The translations under genes and the position numbers were made by a program. The notes under the pieces were generated by a model. The model made no database searches, was not told where the DNA came from, and worked only from the letters and a program-made list of their open reading frames with translations. Below are positions 27,222 through 36,663 of a stretch of 64,000 bases of DNA, one piece after another. Positions within the stretch are counted from its first letter, which is position 1. Every line of letters starts with the position of its first letter. The DNA is from an uncultured Syntrophomonadaceae bacterium. GTDB lineage: Bacteria > Bacillota > Dethiobacteria > DTU022. The stretch lies in the NCBI GenBank assembly GCA_964464625.1, contig CAYXKD010000004.1, positions 6,966-70,965 on the forward strand. The letters run 5' to 3'.

Positions 27222-27938
27222 TCAGCGGCTCTCCAATGCAGGCGGTAGCAGCCCTCTGGCGGCGCTGTCAAAACCGTAGTGACCGCAGCCATCTTCAGCA
27301 AGCATGAGGAGCAGGGCTATCTCCCCCCAGAATGTATCGATATTGTCCACAAGGCTGGGCTCCCCTTTCATTCCCGGCGGTCCCATCTTCCCCCTGTTTT
27401 CCTGCCAGGGTAAAAGCGCGATCACCCTCATCCCCTTTTCATGCAGCAACCGCCAGAGTTCGTTAAAAAAGCTGCAGGGCTCCCGCCCCTCCCCTGTGAA
27501 AAGAAGGAGGATGCAGCACTCAGGGGGCCCCTGGAGCTCCCACCCCTCCCGCTGCCGCAGCTCCAATCCCAGCGGCTCCAGCTCTGCGGCGCTCATTCCC
27601 CCGGGGAGCGAGAGCAAATGGGAGAGCTCTGCGGCATCGGGCAGGGGACAACGGAGCTCACCGGTCTCCCCGGCCCCCTCTTCACCGGTGGAAGCGAGGA
27701 AAATGTGAGTTACCGCGGCGCCGCTTTCTTCGAGAAGTCCCCTTATCTGCTCCGCCTCTGACTCGCAGCGGCTGAATAGAACGATCCCCTTCCCGGTGAG
27801 CGCCCGGCAAAAGGTGCGTCGCAGCAGCGGCTTCGTCTCATCCCAGCGCTGCAGCTCCTTCTCCTGCCGCCGGCCAAGTTCCCTGAGGCCGCCCAGCTGC
27901 TCCTCCATGAGCTCGATGATGCCGCGCTGATTGGCCAC
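27222..27938 (-). CDS. SteB / MctB-like (copper transporter family) protein, C-terminal body; the N-terminal TM segment lies out of frame at about 27962-28049 (possible frameshift or pseudogene)
   Basis: Sits next to the steA homologue as in Actinobacteria. The main ORF begins at GTG directly after an in-frame TAG. A hydrophobic MctB-like segment EYLVAIGAVFLALALGILIGV is encoded upstream in another frame. Confidence 0.5.
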   Translation of the reverse strand: MANQRGIIELMEEQLGGLRELGRRQEKELQRWDETKPLLRRTFCRALTGKGIVLFSRCESEAEQIRGLLEESGAAVTHIFLASTGEEGAGETGELRCPLPDAAELSHLLSLPGGMSAAELEPLGLELRQREGWELQGPPECCILLLFTGEGREPCSFFNELWRLLHEKGMRVIALLPWQENRGKMGPPGMKGEPSLVDNIDTFWGEIALLLMLAEDGCGHYGFDSAARGLLPPALESR

Positions 27939-28092
27939 AAGGAGGCTGTCGCCAAAAGAGACCCCTATGAGGATCCCCAGGGCCAGGGCGAGAAAAACTG
28001 CGCCTATGGCAACTAAGTATTCCCGGTAGTCAAAGATAAAATCACCGCCTCAAAGCCAGTGCAGCCGGCCGGCGCAGGCGTGCTCTTAGCTG

Positions 28093-29262
28093 CTAAAGAA
28101 ACAATTGCAAACGAAAGATCAAGAGACGGAACAGGTGGCGGACCGGCGGAGAGTAAAAGGCCATCGTCAGCAGGGGACAGAGACCGGCGCAGAGAGCCAG
28201 GGGGAGCAGAAATCCTGCAGCCCGCCGCTGGTAGAGGAGGCTCACACCCTTGGCGTCAACAAGGCTGTGACCCACTTTCAGCCGCACCAGGAATGTGCTG
28301 GCCATCCCCATCCGCCCCTTTTCCAGAAATTCTGTCGCTGAAAAATGAGTCCCCACAGCAACGATCAGCGCCGCCCCCAGCTCGTGAGCCAGCAGCAGGG
28401 CAATATCTTCACTGGTTCCCGGTGCACTGAAAAGATGGTGTTTCAGGCCGAGACGGCCCAGCCTCTCGCGCCCGGGAACACCGCTGCCGTCGGCATAAGC
28501 ATGCACCACCAGCTCGCGGGCCTGCCGCAGCGCCTCATCGCTCACACTGTCCATATCGCCTATGATCAGGTCCGGCCTGAGACCGAATTCCAGTATTGCA
28601 TCTCCGCCTCCATCCACACCGATGAGGAGGGGCTTTTTTTCCCTGAGATAGTATTTCATCGCCCGGAGATCTTCGCGGAAACCCTTTCCCCGGATTACCA
28701 CCACCACATGGCGGTTCTTAAAGTCGCTTTTCAAAGGCGGGGGGTGGATCTTTCCGGTTACAAGAGCACGTTCCCTGTAGGCATAATCCAGGGTGTTTAC
28801 CAGGAAATTTTCAACAACCTCATCCCTCCGCTGCAGCGAATCCCTGTAAAATTCACTGTAAAGGCCTTCAGTCAGCAGGTTGCCGCGCCCTATTTCCATT
28901 CCCCGGCAATAGACCGCTGCCCCCACAACCCGGACCATCTCCCCCTGGCGCACCGCTTCAAAAAATTCTTCACCCAGATTTTCCACAAGGTGCACCTTCC
29001 GGCGGAGCAGTTGCTGCAGCGCCGCAGGCGGAAAAAGATCGCTGCAGAAGGGCTCTGTATTTAAAACTGTCCTGACACCGCAGCGCAGCAACCCCTCTGC
29101 TGCAGTCCAGTCCAGGCCGCAGTGGGAAATGAGGGCAATCTCTTTGGAGCGGAGCCGCTGGACAAGCTTTTTCGTAGAGCGATCTTTGCGGATCCGTCCC
29201 GCCCGGGAAAGAGCCTCTTTTCCTTTTCCTTTTCCTTTTCCTTTGTAGATGGAAGGAAACAT
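28093..29262 (-). CDS. steA: SteA-family putative cytokinetic-ring protein (thiamin pyrophosphokinase catalytic-domain-like) with C-terminal TM helices and an N-terminal (GK)n repeat
   Basis: SteA-like N-terminus (LVQRLRSKEIALISH...) and TPK-like core. The KGKGKGKGK repeat comes from tccttttccttttcc. Confidence 0.6.
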   Translation of the reverse strand: MFPSIYKGKGKGKGKEALSRAGRIRKDRSTKKLVQRLRSKEIALISHCGLDWTAAEGLLRCGVRTVLNTEPFCSDLFPPAALQQLLRRKVHLVENLGEEFFEAVRQGEMVRVVGAAVYCRGMEIGRGNLLTEGLYSEFYRDSLQRRDEVVENFLVNTLDYAYRERALVTGKIHPPPLKSDFKNRHVVVVIRGKGFREDLRAMKYYLREKKPLLIGVDGGGDAILEFGLRPDLIIGDMDSVSDEALRQARELVVHAYADGSGVPGRERLGRLGLKHHLFSAPGTSEDIALLLAHELGAALIVAVGTHFSATEFLEKGRMGMASTFLVRLKVGHSLVDAKGVSLLYQRRAAGFLLPLALCAGLCPLLTMAFYSPPVRHLFRLLIFRLQLFL

Positions 29263-29474
29263 TTTTACTCACACCCTTATTTAGCTTTCCCCCATCTCCC
29301 TTTCACATATTAAACAAATCAAGCCAATCCTTCCGTAAAGGTGCTGAGCTGTCAAATATAAGATTGCATGTTATGTCAACAAGGGGGGATAAATTGATCT
29401 CCTTGCGGACAATTTAAAAAAGCCTTACCAGCAACGCAAATACCATAATCAAACCGGAAGGAACGGCAAAGTTC

Positions 29475-30761
29475 ATGAAACCATTAAGGCTTAAATACCT
29501 TTTCATCCTTTTTCTCCTTGCCGCTCTCCTCTGGATGGCGCTGACCACGTTGCAGCTGCAGGCAAACACCTTTGATAATATCAGGATTTATCAGGGTGGG
29601 TCGTATTATGTTAACTTGCGGCTTCCCTTTCTCTATGTGCGCGGCGATCGCGATGATGTTGTCCTCTTCAATGGCAGTCCTCTGTTAAAAGATCTGAGCA
29701 GGGTAAATGCCCCTATCAGTCTTGAGGGAAACAACCTGGGAGAGGTGAAACTGGAATTCTCACTTTTCGGCTGGATCCCGCTGCGCCGGGTCACGGTAAA
29801 TGTGCTGCCCGAGGTAAAACTGATCCCCGGCGGACACTCCATCGGGATCAAGCTGCGATCGCAGGGGGTCAATGTGGTAGGTTTTTACTATTTTACCGTC
29901 TCCGGGAAGAGCCTCTCGCCGGCCCGGGAGGCGGGGGTTAAAATTGGCGATATCATATTGAAGATCAATGGGAAAAGTGTGGAGGATGCTCCCGGAGCGG
30001 CCCGCCTGCTGGCGGAAAATGAGGGCAGGCGGCTCCGCCTATCCATCCGCCGCGGCGAAGAGTTGTTCAACCTGTCGCTGGTCCCCCGTTTTTCACCTTC
30101 CGACGGCCTCTACCGGATCGGCCTCTACCTTCGCGATTCCGCCGCCGGCGTGGGCACGCTCACCTTTTACGATCCTGTGTCAAAGCGGTACGGCGCCCTG
30201 GGCCATGTTATTCTCGATTCCGATACCAATCAGCCTATAAACTTAAGCGAGGGCTCCATTGTCAAAGCAAAAATTATCAACATTAAAGCGGCCCAGAGAG
30301 GCCGCCCCGGGGAAAAAACAGGGATTTTCATCGATAACAGCCTGGGCAATATCACGAAAAACAGCCCTTTTGGTATTTTCGGGGGGATTACAAATTTTCA
30401 GGAAACCCCCTCTCCCTACAGCGAGCCGCTGCCCATGGCCCTTGCCACGGAGGTGGAGACAGGGCCTGCAGAGATCCTCACGGTGATTGAAGATGAGACC
30501 ATCGGCTGCTTTGATGTGGAAATAGAGAAGATTACCTGCCAGTCCGGTCCTTCAGATAAGGGAATGATCCTGCGTGTCGTTGACGGGGAGCTGCTGAGTA
30601 AAACCGGAGGTATTGTCCAGGGGATGAGCGGCAGCCCCATCATTCAGAATGGGAAAATTGTCGGCGCGGTGACGCATGTTTTTATAAATGATCCCGAGCG
30701 GGGTTATGCCATCTTCGCGGAGTGGATGTACCAGGAGGCTGAAATATTTACCATTAATTAA
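29475..30761 (+). CDS. spoIVB: SpoIVB peptidase (S55) with PDZ domain
   Basis: PDZ domain plus S55 catalytic domain (GTLTFYDPVSKRYGALGH...). RBS GGAAGGAA. Confidence 0.9.
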   Translation: MKPLRLKYLFILFLLAALLWMALTTLQLQANTFDNIRIYQGGSYYVNLRLPFLYVRGDRDDVVLFNGSPLLKDLSRVNAPISLEGNNLGEVKLEFSLFGWIPLRRVTVNVLPEVKLIPGGHSIGIKLRSQGVNVVGFYYFTVSGKSLSPAREAGVKIGDIILKINGKSVEDAPGAARLLAENEGRRLRLSIRRGEELFNLSLVPRFSPSDGLYRIGLYLRDSAAGVGTLTFYDPVSKRYGALGHVILDSDTNQPINLSEGSIVKAKIINIKAAQRGRPGEKTGIFIDNSLGNITKNSPFGIFGGITNFQETPSPYSEPLPMALATEVETGPAEILTVIEDETIGCFDVEIEKITCQSGPSDKGMILRVVDGELLSKTGGIVQGMSGSPIIQNGKIVGAVTHVFINDPERGYAIFAEWMYQEAEIFTIN

Positions 30762-30779
30762 TATTATTTATAATTGAAA

Positions 30780-30806
30780 GAAGGATTTTACAAGTGAATG
30801 TCGAAT
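30780..30806 (+). promoter_or_regulatory. Sigma-H-type promoter (-35 gaAGGAttt, 11-nt spacer, -10 gtcGAAT) overlapping a perfect Spo0A box TGTCGAA (30799-30805) upstream of spo0A
   Basis: Direct match to the sigma-H and 0A-box consensus sequences. Confidence 0.5.
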
Positions 30807-30849
30807 TTTTTATAGCAGATTCACTAAAATAAAGCAAGGGGGCTAAAAA

Positions 30850-31641
30850 GTGTTAAAAATAGTAGTGGCGGATGACAATCGTGATTTCAACGCCTTACTA
30901 ACTTCATACCTTTCTATGCAGCCCGATTTCGAAATTGTCGCCAGCGTATTTAACGGAAAGGAAGTCCTGGATGTTTTCGAGGATAACCAGATCGATGTAC
31001 TCATTCTAGATATTATCATGCCGCATCTTGACGGTATCGGAGTAATGGAGGCAATCGCAGAGATGGAGCTGGATCGCCGGCCCAGTGTGATCATGCTAAC
31101 AGCCTTTGGACATGAAAACATCACCAGGAGGGCAGTGGAACTGGGGGCTTCCTACTATATTTTAAAGCCCTTTGACATGGAGATGCTTCCTGAAAGAATC
31201 CGCCAGCTGGGCGGCGGCGATCTGGTCCGCGAAACCGGCCTTGCCGCTGTTGCAGCGAAGAAAATGGTTTCGAGGATTCCGCTGGAGGAGGAGGTTACCG
31301 AGATTATGCACCAGATCGGTATCCCCGCCCATATCAAGGGCTATCTGTACCTGCGCGACGCCATTATCATGGTTATTGAAGATATCGACCTCTTGGGCTC
31401 CATTACCAAGGTCTTGTATCCTGAAATTGCCGAGCGTTTCGACACCACACCCAGCCGGGTGGAGAGGGCAATCCGCCATGCTATTGAAGTTGCCTGGGCG
31501 CGCAACAGCATCGATGTGATCAAGAAATTTTTCGGCTACACCATCAAGACGGAGAAGGGCAAGCCCACCAATTCCGAATTTATCGCCATGGTGGCCGACC
31601 GCCTGCGCCTGCGCAATAAAAGCTTCACCGCCTATAACTAA
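30850..31641 (+). CDS. spo0A: Sporulation master response regulator Spo0A
   Basis: Receiver domain (VVADDNRDF...[10 protein letters not shown]) and Spo0A-specific C-terminal DNA-binding domain. GTG start with RBS AAGGGGG. Confidence 0.95.
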   Translation: MLKIVVADDNRDFNALLTSYLSMQPDFEIVASVFNGKEVLDVFEDNQIDVLILDIIMPHLDGIGVMEAIAEMELDRRPSVIMLTAFGHENITRRAVELGASYYILKPFDMEMLPERIRQLGGGDLVRETGLAAVAAKKMVSRIPLEEEVTEIMHQIGIPAHIKGYLYLRDAIIMVIEDIDLLGSITKVLYPEIAERFDTTPSRVERAIRHAIEVAWARNSIDVIKKFFGYTIKTEKGKPTNSEFIAMVADRLRLRNKSFTAYN

Positions 31642-31709
31642 AGCTGCCGGCCATTGAAGAGGCGGCGGAGACAATAGCTTAAAAAGGTCCTTAAAAAATC
31701 ATAAAGTTA

Positions 31710-31738
31710 CCTGCGCCGGTGCCAGGCACCGGCGCAGG
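31710..31738. repeat. Palindromic repeat variant (cctgcgccggtgccaggcaccggcgcagg), copy C, between the convergent spo0A and sigma-54 activator genes
   Basis: 29-bp perfect palindrome sharing the ccggtgccaggcaccgg core with the other copies. Confidence 0.85.
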
Positions 31739-31748
31739 CAACTCGGGG

Positions 31749-31789
31749 AAACTCCGGGAAATTTCATTATAACCGGAGTTTTGCTTTTT
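31749..31789 (+). terminator. Rho-independent terminator of spo0A
   Basis: Hairpin aaactccgg...ccggagttt followed by ttgcttttt. Confidence 0.7.
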
Positions 31790-31839
31790 ACCGGGTCAAA
31801 GGGCAACAGGAAATGAGCAGGGGAAATCAAATAACCTGT

Positions 31840-33975
31840 TCAGTTGATGTTGTGGCGGCTGAGTTTCTCGTAGAACCAGGAGCGGCTCATGCCCAGAATG
31901 CGTGCGGCTTTGCTTCTGTTGCCACCGGCTTTTCGCAGGGCCCGGAGGATAGTCTCTTTTTCCAGCGCCTCCTGTTGCGACCGATACTCTGCCAGGGCTT
32001 CTTCTGGCCCCTCCGCAGCACCGGCGGCAGCGCTCTCCCCGCTTAGGGCAGCAGAGCCCTCGCCCCTTCTCCGCCGCAGGTGGTGCGGCAAATCCTCAGC
32101 CTCGATCACCCTGGCGCCTGTAAAATTCATCGCTCTCTCCACGGCATTCTCCAGCTCGCGCACATTTCCCGGCCAGCTGTAATCCTGCAGGGTCATCAGC
32201 GCCTCTTCCGAGATATCCTGCACCTCCAGGCTGAAAAGGCTGTTGTATTTCCTTAAAAAAGCATGGACCAGGGGCAGTATATCTTCAGGGCGCTCCCGCA
32301 GCGGCGGCACCGGCAGGGAGATGACATTGAGGCGGAAATATAGGTCTTTGCGGAAGCCCCCTTCGGAGACTTTCTGCTCCAGGTCCTGGTTCGTCGCCGC
32401 GATGACGCGGAGGTCTACGCGCCTTGTCTCTGTGGAGCCCACGCGGTCAAAGGTGCGATCCTGCAAAAAGCGGAGCAGCTTTGCCTGCAGCGGCAGGGGC
32501 AGATCGCCAATCTCGTCGAGAAAAAGGGTCCCCCCATCGGCCAGCTCGATGCGGCCGGGCTTGCCCGACTTCTGCGCCCCTGTAAAGGCGCCGGGAGCAT
32601 AGCCAAAAAGCTCCGATTCAATCAGGTTCTCCGGAATGGCGGCGCAGTTTATCTTTACAAAGGGCCCGTCGCGGCGCGGCCCGTCATAATGGATGGACTG
32701 GGCAAAGAGCTCCTTGCCCACGCCGCTCTCCCCATGTACCAGAACTGTGGAGAGGCCCTGTGCTGCCAGGCGGGCCTCGCGCTTCAGCCGCTCCATGGCC
32801 GGATTAAGGGTGATGATATCGTCAAAACGGTAGGGCCGTTCCCTGTAGCGCTCCTTTTTCAGCTCGGCCTGGAAGTGGGCCAGCCGGTGATCCATCGCCT
32901 CCAGGCGGCGGGCCAGGTCGCGCAGCTCGTCAACGCGGCGAAAACTGATTTTCCCCACCGCCCCGATGATCTGCCCGTCACGGACAATGGGGAGCCTGGA
33001 GACAACATAAGGTTTGCCTTCAACAAACTGAATGTCATTCAGCTCGGGAATTCCCGTCTTTACAATCACAGGAAGCCTGCTGTTTTCAAGAATTTCATCC
33101 ACCGGGCGGTGCAGCACCTCTCTCTCTTCCAGGCGCACAAAATCGAGAAAAGAGCGGTTCGTCAGTATGACCGCCCCATGTTCATCCACAACCACAATGG
33201 CGTCGTATCCAATGTCAAGGACTGTCTGGAGCGTGCGGTTAAGGCTTTTAACACTGCCCAGTTCCTCGGCAACCTGCTCCAGCTCGGTGATATCCTGGAA
33301 GATGGCGATGCCCCCGGCTACGCGGCCGCCGTCAAGAAGGGGGGTTTTGTTGACTACGGTGGCGGCGCCGCCGTAGGAGTATTTCGCCCCGATCTCCACT
33401 GTCCCCTCCTGCAGCAGCGGGGCCATGTTCAGGCCGGGCAGCAGCTCATCCAGGCTGCGGCCGGCGGCGCTCTCCCCGTCAAGCCCGAAAAGCTGGGCGG
33501 CGGCGCGGTTGATAAGGTTAATGCGGCAGGATTGATCCACCGAGATAAGACCGTTGTGCATCGCCTGGTAGACCGCTCTCAGGCGGGCGTTGAGCATGCG
33601 CTCCTCCTTGAAGAGGGAGGTGATAAGCTCCACCTTGGTGAAAAGCCCGGCTACAGAGCCGTCTTTCCCCACGACCACGCCTGTGCCTACGGGAATGCGG
33701 TGCACTGAGTCGATGACCTCGCTGTAGGTGAGGTCCACGGGGATCTTCACCACATTGCGGTTGTAAAACCTGTACACAGGTTCATCCAGGGTGCTCTCTT
33801 TCAGGAGAGCGTCGTAGAGATTTGTCTTCGTAAATATTCCGGCCAGGGTGCCGTCGTCATTCAATACAGGCAGTCCGTCACGCTGGCTGCTGCGCAGCAT
33901 CCGCACCGCCTTCTTCAGGGTGTCGCCGGGATGCAAGGTGGCATAATCCCGGGTCATCATATCAACAAGGTGCAT
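31840..33975 (-). CDS. Sigma-54-dependent transcriptional activator (CBS pair, PAS, AAA+ sigma-54 interaction domain, Fis-type HTH)
   Basis: GESGVGKELFAQSIH Walker A, GAFTGA motif, C-terminal HTH. Confidence 0.85.
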   Translation of the reverse strand: MHLVDMMTRDYATLHPGDTLKKAVRMLRSSQRDGLPVLNDDGTLAGIFTKTNLYDALLKESTLDEPVYRFYNRNVVKIPVDLTYSEVIDSVHRIPVGTGVVVGKDGSVAGLFTKVELITSLFKEERMLNARLRAVYQAMHNGLISVDQSCRINLINRAAAQLFGLDGESAAGRSLDELLPGLNMAPLLQEGTVEIGAKYSYGGAATVVNKTPLLDGGRVAGGIAIFQDITELEQVAEELGSVKSLNRTLQTVLDIGYDAIVVVDEHGAVILTNRSFLDFVRLEEREVLHRPVDEILENSRLPVIVKTGIPELNDIQFVEGKPYVVSRLPIVRDGQIIGAVGKISFRRVDELRDLARRLEAMDHRLAHFQAELKKERYRERPYRFDDIITLNPAMERLKREARLAAQGLSTVLVHGESGVGKELFAQSIHYDGPRRDGPFVKINCAAIPENLIESELFGYAPGAFTGAQKSGKPGRIELADGGTLFLDEIGDLPLPLQAKLLRFLQDRTFDRVGSTETRRVDLRVIAATNQDLEQKVSEGGFRKDLYFRLNVISLPVPPLRERPEDILPLVHAFLRKYNSLFSLEVQDISEEALMTLQDYSWPGNVRELENAVERAMNFTGARVIEAEDLPHHLRRRRGEGSAALSGESAAAGAAEGPEEALAEYRSQQEALEKETILRALRKAGGNRSKAARILGMSRSWFYEKLSRHNIN

Positions 33976-33977
33976 AT

Positions 33978-35714
33978 CTATTTCCCCCCGGGGCTGGATC
34001 GTGCTTCTTTTTTGAACCTATCCGCCCGCTCCAGCAGGCTGTCCACATGCTCCAGGCCGGCCTGGTCGATGGCTGCTCCGTCAAGCATGCGGGCGATCTC
34101 CCTGCGCCTCTCTTCGGGATTAAGCTGCGCCGCCCTGGTCAGGGTGCGCTCTCCGGCGTGCTCCTTGTAGAGGCGCATATGGCTTCCGGCCATGGCGGCT
34201 ATCTGGGGGCTGTGGGTGACGCAGATGATCTGGTGATGAGCCGCCAGCAGGGCCAGCTTCTCGGCCACAGACTGGATCGCTGCGCCGCCGATGCCGGCGT
34301 CAACCTCGTCAAAGATGATCGTGGGGATGCGCTCCTCTCCGGCAAAGATGGTCTTTATGGCAAGCATCACCCGCGACATCTCTCCGCCTGAAATGATCCT
34401 GGACAGCGGTTTGAGCTCTTCACCGGGGTTTGCCGAGAAAAGGAACTCCACCCGGTCCATCCCCTGGGGCGTAAAGCTCTCGAGGGGGGCCAGCGCAACG
34501 CTAAAGCGCGCTTTGGGCATGGCCAGCTCCTGAAGGAGGCTGCCCAGGAGCGGCTCCAGCTGCTCCGCCGCATCGCGGCGCAGCCCGGTGAGCCGGCGGG
34601 AGGCGCCGGCAAGCTTCTCTGCCGCGGCCTCAATCTCCCCCTCCAGTTGGCGGGCCAGCGACTCGCTGTTCTGCAGCCTGGAGAGCTCCTCCTTTGCCCG
34701 CCCTGCAAACTCAATTACCCCGGCGAGTGTGCCCCCATACTTTCTTTTCAAAACCTGCAGCTGCTCCAGACGCCGCTGTACCGCTGCCAGCTCAGCGGGA
34801 TTGTATTCAAAAGCGGCCTGGTAATCGCGCAGCTCAAAGGAGACCTCCTCCATCTGCGCAGCGGCGCTTTCAAGCAGCACCACAAGGGGAGCCAGTTTTT
34901 CATCGATCTGCGCCGCCTCCTGCAGCTGATTCCTGGAGAGAGCAAGGAGATCAACCATGGGGGGGATTCCGCTGCGCTCATCGCCGCTGTAAATCCCGGC
35001 GTGGGCGGAGGCGATGAGCCCGCCCAGCTTCTCCGCATGGGCCAGGATCTTCTCTTCCCTGAGCAGCCTCTCCTCTTCATCGGGTTGGAGCTTCGCCTCT
35101 TCGATCTCCTTTGTCTGAAAAGAGAGAATATCCATGCGCCGCTCCCGCTCAGCGCTGTCATGCCCCAGGGAGGCAAGCTGCTCCAGGAGCCCCTGGCGCA
35201 GCCGGTAAAGCCCCTGCACCTCGCTGCGGGCCCGGGCACACCTTTCACCGCCAAAGGAGTCGAGGAGATCGCGGTGGTAATTAAGCCGTAAAAGCGACTG
35301 GTGCTGGTGCTGCCCGTGCAGATCGACAAGGAGCTGTCCCAGCTCCTTCAGGAAAGAGATGGGCACCGCCCTTCCGTTTACCCGCCCGATGCTGCGGCCG
35401 CTGTGCGAAATTTCCCGGGCAACAATGAGGGCATCACCATCACCGGCTTCAATGCCCGCCTCTTCCAGAAGGGCTTTCATCTCCGCCTCCGGGGAGGCGG
35501 CAGGGTAATGAAAGATCCCCTCAACAAAGGCGCTCTTTTCGCCCTGGCGGATCTGCTCCGTAGAGGCGCGCTCACCCAGAAGCAGATTGATCGCCCCGAT
35601 GACAATCGACTTTCCCGCCCCTGTCTCACCGCTGAGCACATTCAGCCCCTCTCCGAAATTCAGGGTGAGATCTTCAATAAGGGCTAACTGCGAAACCCGG
35701 ATCTCAGTGAGCAT
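33978..35714 (-). CDS. recN: DNA repair protein RecN
   Basis: SMC-like ATPase with N-terminal Walker A GETGAGKS and C-terminal signature. Confidence 0.95.
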   Translation of the reverse strand: MLTEIRVSQLALIEDLTLNFGEGLNVLSGETGAGKSIVIGAINLLLGERASTEQIRQGEKSAFVEGIFHYPAASPEAEMKALLEEAGIEAGDGDALIVAREISHSGRSIGRVNGRAVPISFLKELGQLLVDLHGQHQHQSLLRLNYHRDLLDSFGGERCARARSEVQGLYRLRQGLLEQLASLGHDSAERERRMDILSFQTKEIEEAKLQPDEEERLLREEKILAHAEKLGGLIASAHAGIYSGDERSGIPPMVDLLALSRNQLQEAAQIDEKLAPLVVLLESAAAQMEEVSFELRDYQAAFEYNPAELAAVQRRLEQLQVLKRKYGGTLAGVIEFAGRAKEELSRLQNSESLARQLEGEIEAAAEKLAGASRRLTGLRRDAAEQLEPLLGSLLQELAMPKARFSVALAPLESFTPQGMDRVEFLFSANPGEELKPLSRIISGGEMSRVMLAIKTIFAGEERIPTIIFDEVDAGIGGAAIQSVAEKLALLAAHHQIICVTHSPQIAAMAGSHMRLYKEHAGERTLTRAAQLNPEERRREIARMLDGAAIDQAGLEHVDSLLERADRFKKEARSSPGGK

Positions 35715-35802
35715 CTGGAGCCTCCCCCTCCTTATTTGGCTTACTCTTTCGTCTCTTCTTTTGTTTTTTCCCTACCTGATCCTTATTTTCTCCCCGCCGC
35801 CC

Positions 35803-36654
35803 CTACCCTTTTAATTTCTGATGGAGCAGCCGGTAAAAAGAGTTGTCCCTAAAATGAATGAGCTTCACTTTCTGCGCCGCCTTCCTGACAAGGACCTCAT
35901 CTTTCTCCTGCAGGTCAAAGCCCACCTGCCCGTCTGCAGTGAGCACTATCTCTGCCTGCCGCGATTCAATGCGCATCAGGATCTGCTCCTCTGCGGTAAC
36001 GATAACGGAACGGTTATTCAGGCTGTGCGGGCAGATGGGGGTAATCACGATGAGCTCCAGGGAAGGGTTCACAATGGGCCCGCCGGCGGATAGGGAATAG
36101 CCGGTGGAGCCTGTGGGCGAGGCCACGATAACCCCGTCGCCTGAATAGCTCTCCAGAAAATCATCATTGATAAAGGTGTTCAGCCTGAGGATCCTGGAAA
36201 AGGGGCCCCGCGAAACAACGATATCATTGAGGGCGATAAACTGCTCCAGCACCTGCCCCTGCCGCTGCACCCTGGCTTCGAGCATCATCCGCTCCAGGTA
36301 ATGGTACTGTCCTGCGATGACATATTGCAGGTAGCGGTCGATCTGCTCCACCTCGATCTCCGCCAGAAAGCCTTTGTGCCCCATGTTGATCCCCAGTATG
36401 GGAACATCCCAGTGCACCAGATCGCGGGCCGCCCTGAGAATGGTCCCATCGCCCCCCACAACAATGAGTATATCCACCTGGCCGCGCCAGCTTTCCAGGT
36501 TCTTCGCCAGGGCGCCGGGGTCCTGGCAATCAGCCTCATCTGAACCTGCCGTAAGCAGCAGGACCCGGCGCTGTTCAAAAAAATCGCATACCTTTTCCAC
36601 AACAAGTGCTGTATTCTCTTTTTGCCAATTTGGGATTAATCCAATGCCGCGCAT
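35803..36654 (-). CDS. nadK: NAD kinase
   Basis: GGDGT motif and NAD kinase fold. Confidence 0.9.
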   Translation of the reverse strand: MRGIGLIPNWQKENTALVVEKVCDFFEQRRVLLLTAGSDEADCQDPGALAKNLESWRGQVDILIVVGGDGTILRAARDLVHWDVPILGINMGHKGFLAEIEVEQIDRYLQYVIAGQYHYLERMMLEARVQRQGQVLEQFIALNDIVVSRGPFSRILRLNTFINDDFLESYSGDGVIVASPTGSTGYSLSAGGPIVNPSLELIVITPICPHSLNNRSVIVTAEEQILMRIESRQAEIVLTADGQVGFDLQEKDEVLVRKAAQKVKLIHFRDNSFYRLLHQKLKG

Positions 36655-36663
36655 GGCCCCTCC

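Noticed and set aside
29263-29474. Sigma-F/G promoter for spoIVB (tGCATGttatgtcaacaaggggggATAAATT)
   Set aside because: The -35 GCATG fits but the -10 lacks the conserved C/CA of CATxHTA and the G-G of the sigma-F -10. It is too weak to annotate as a feature without transcription-start data.
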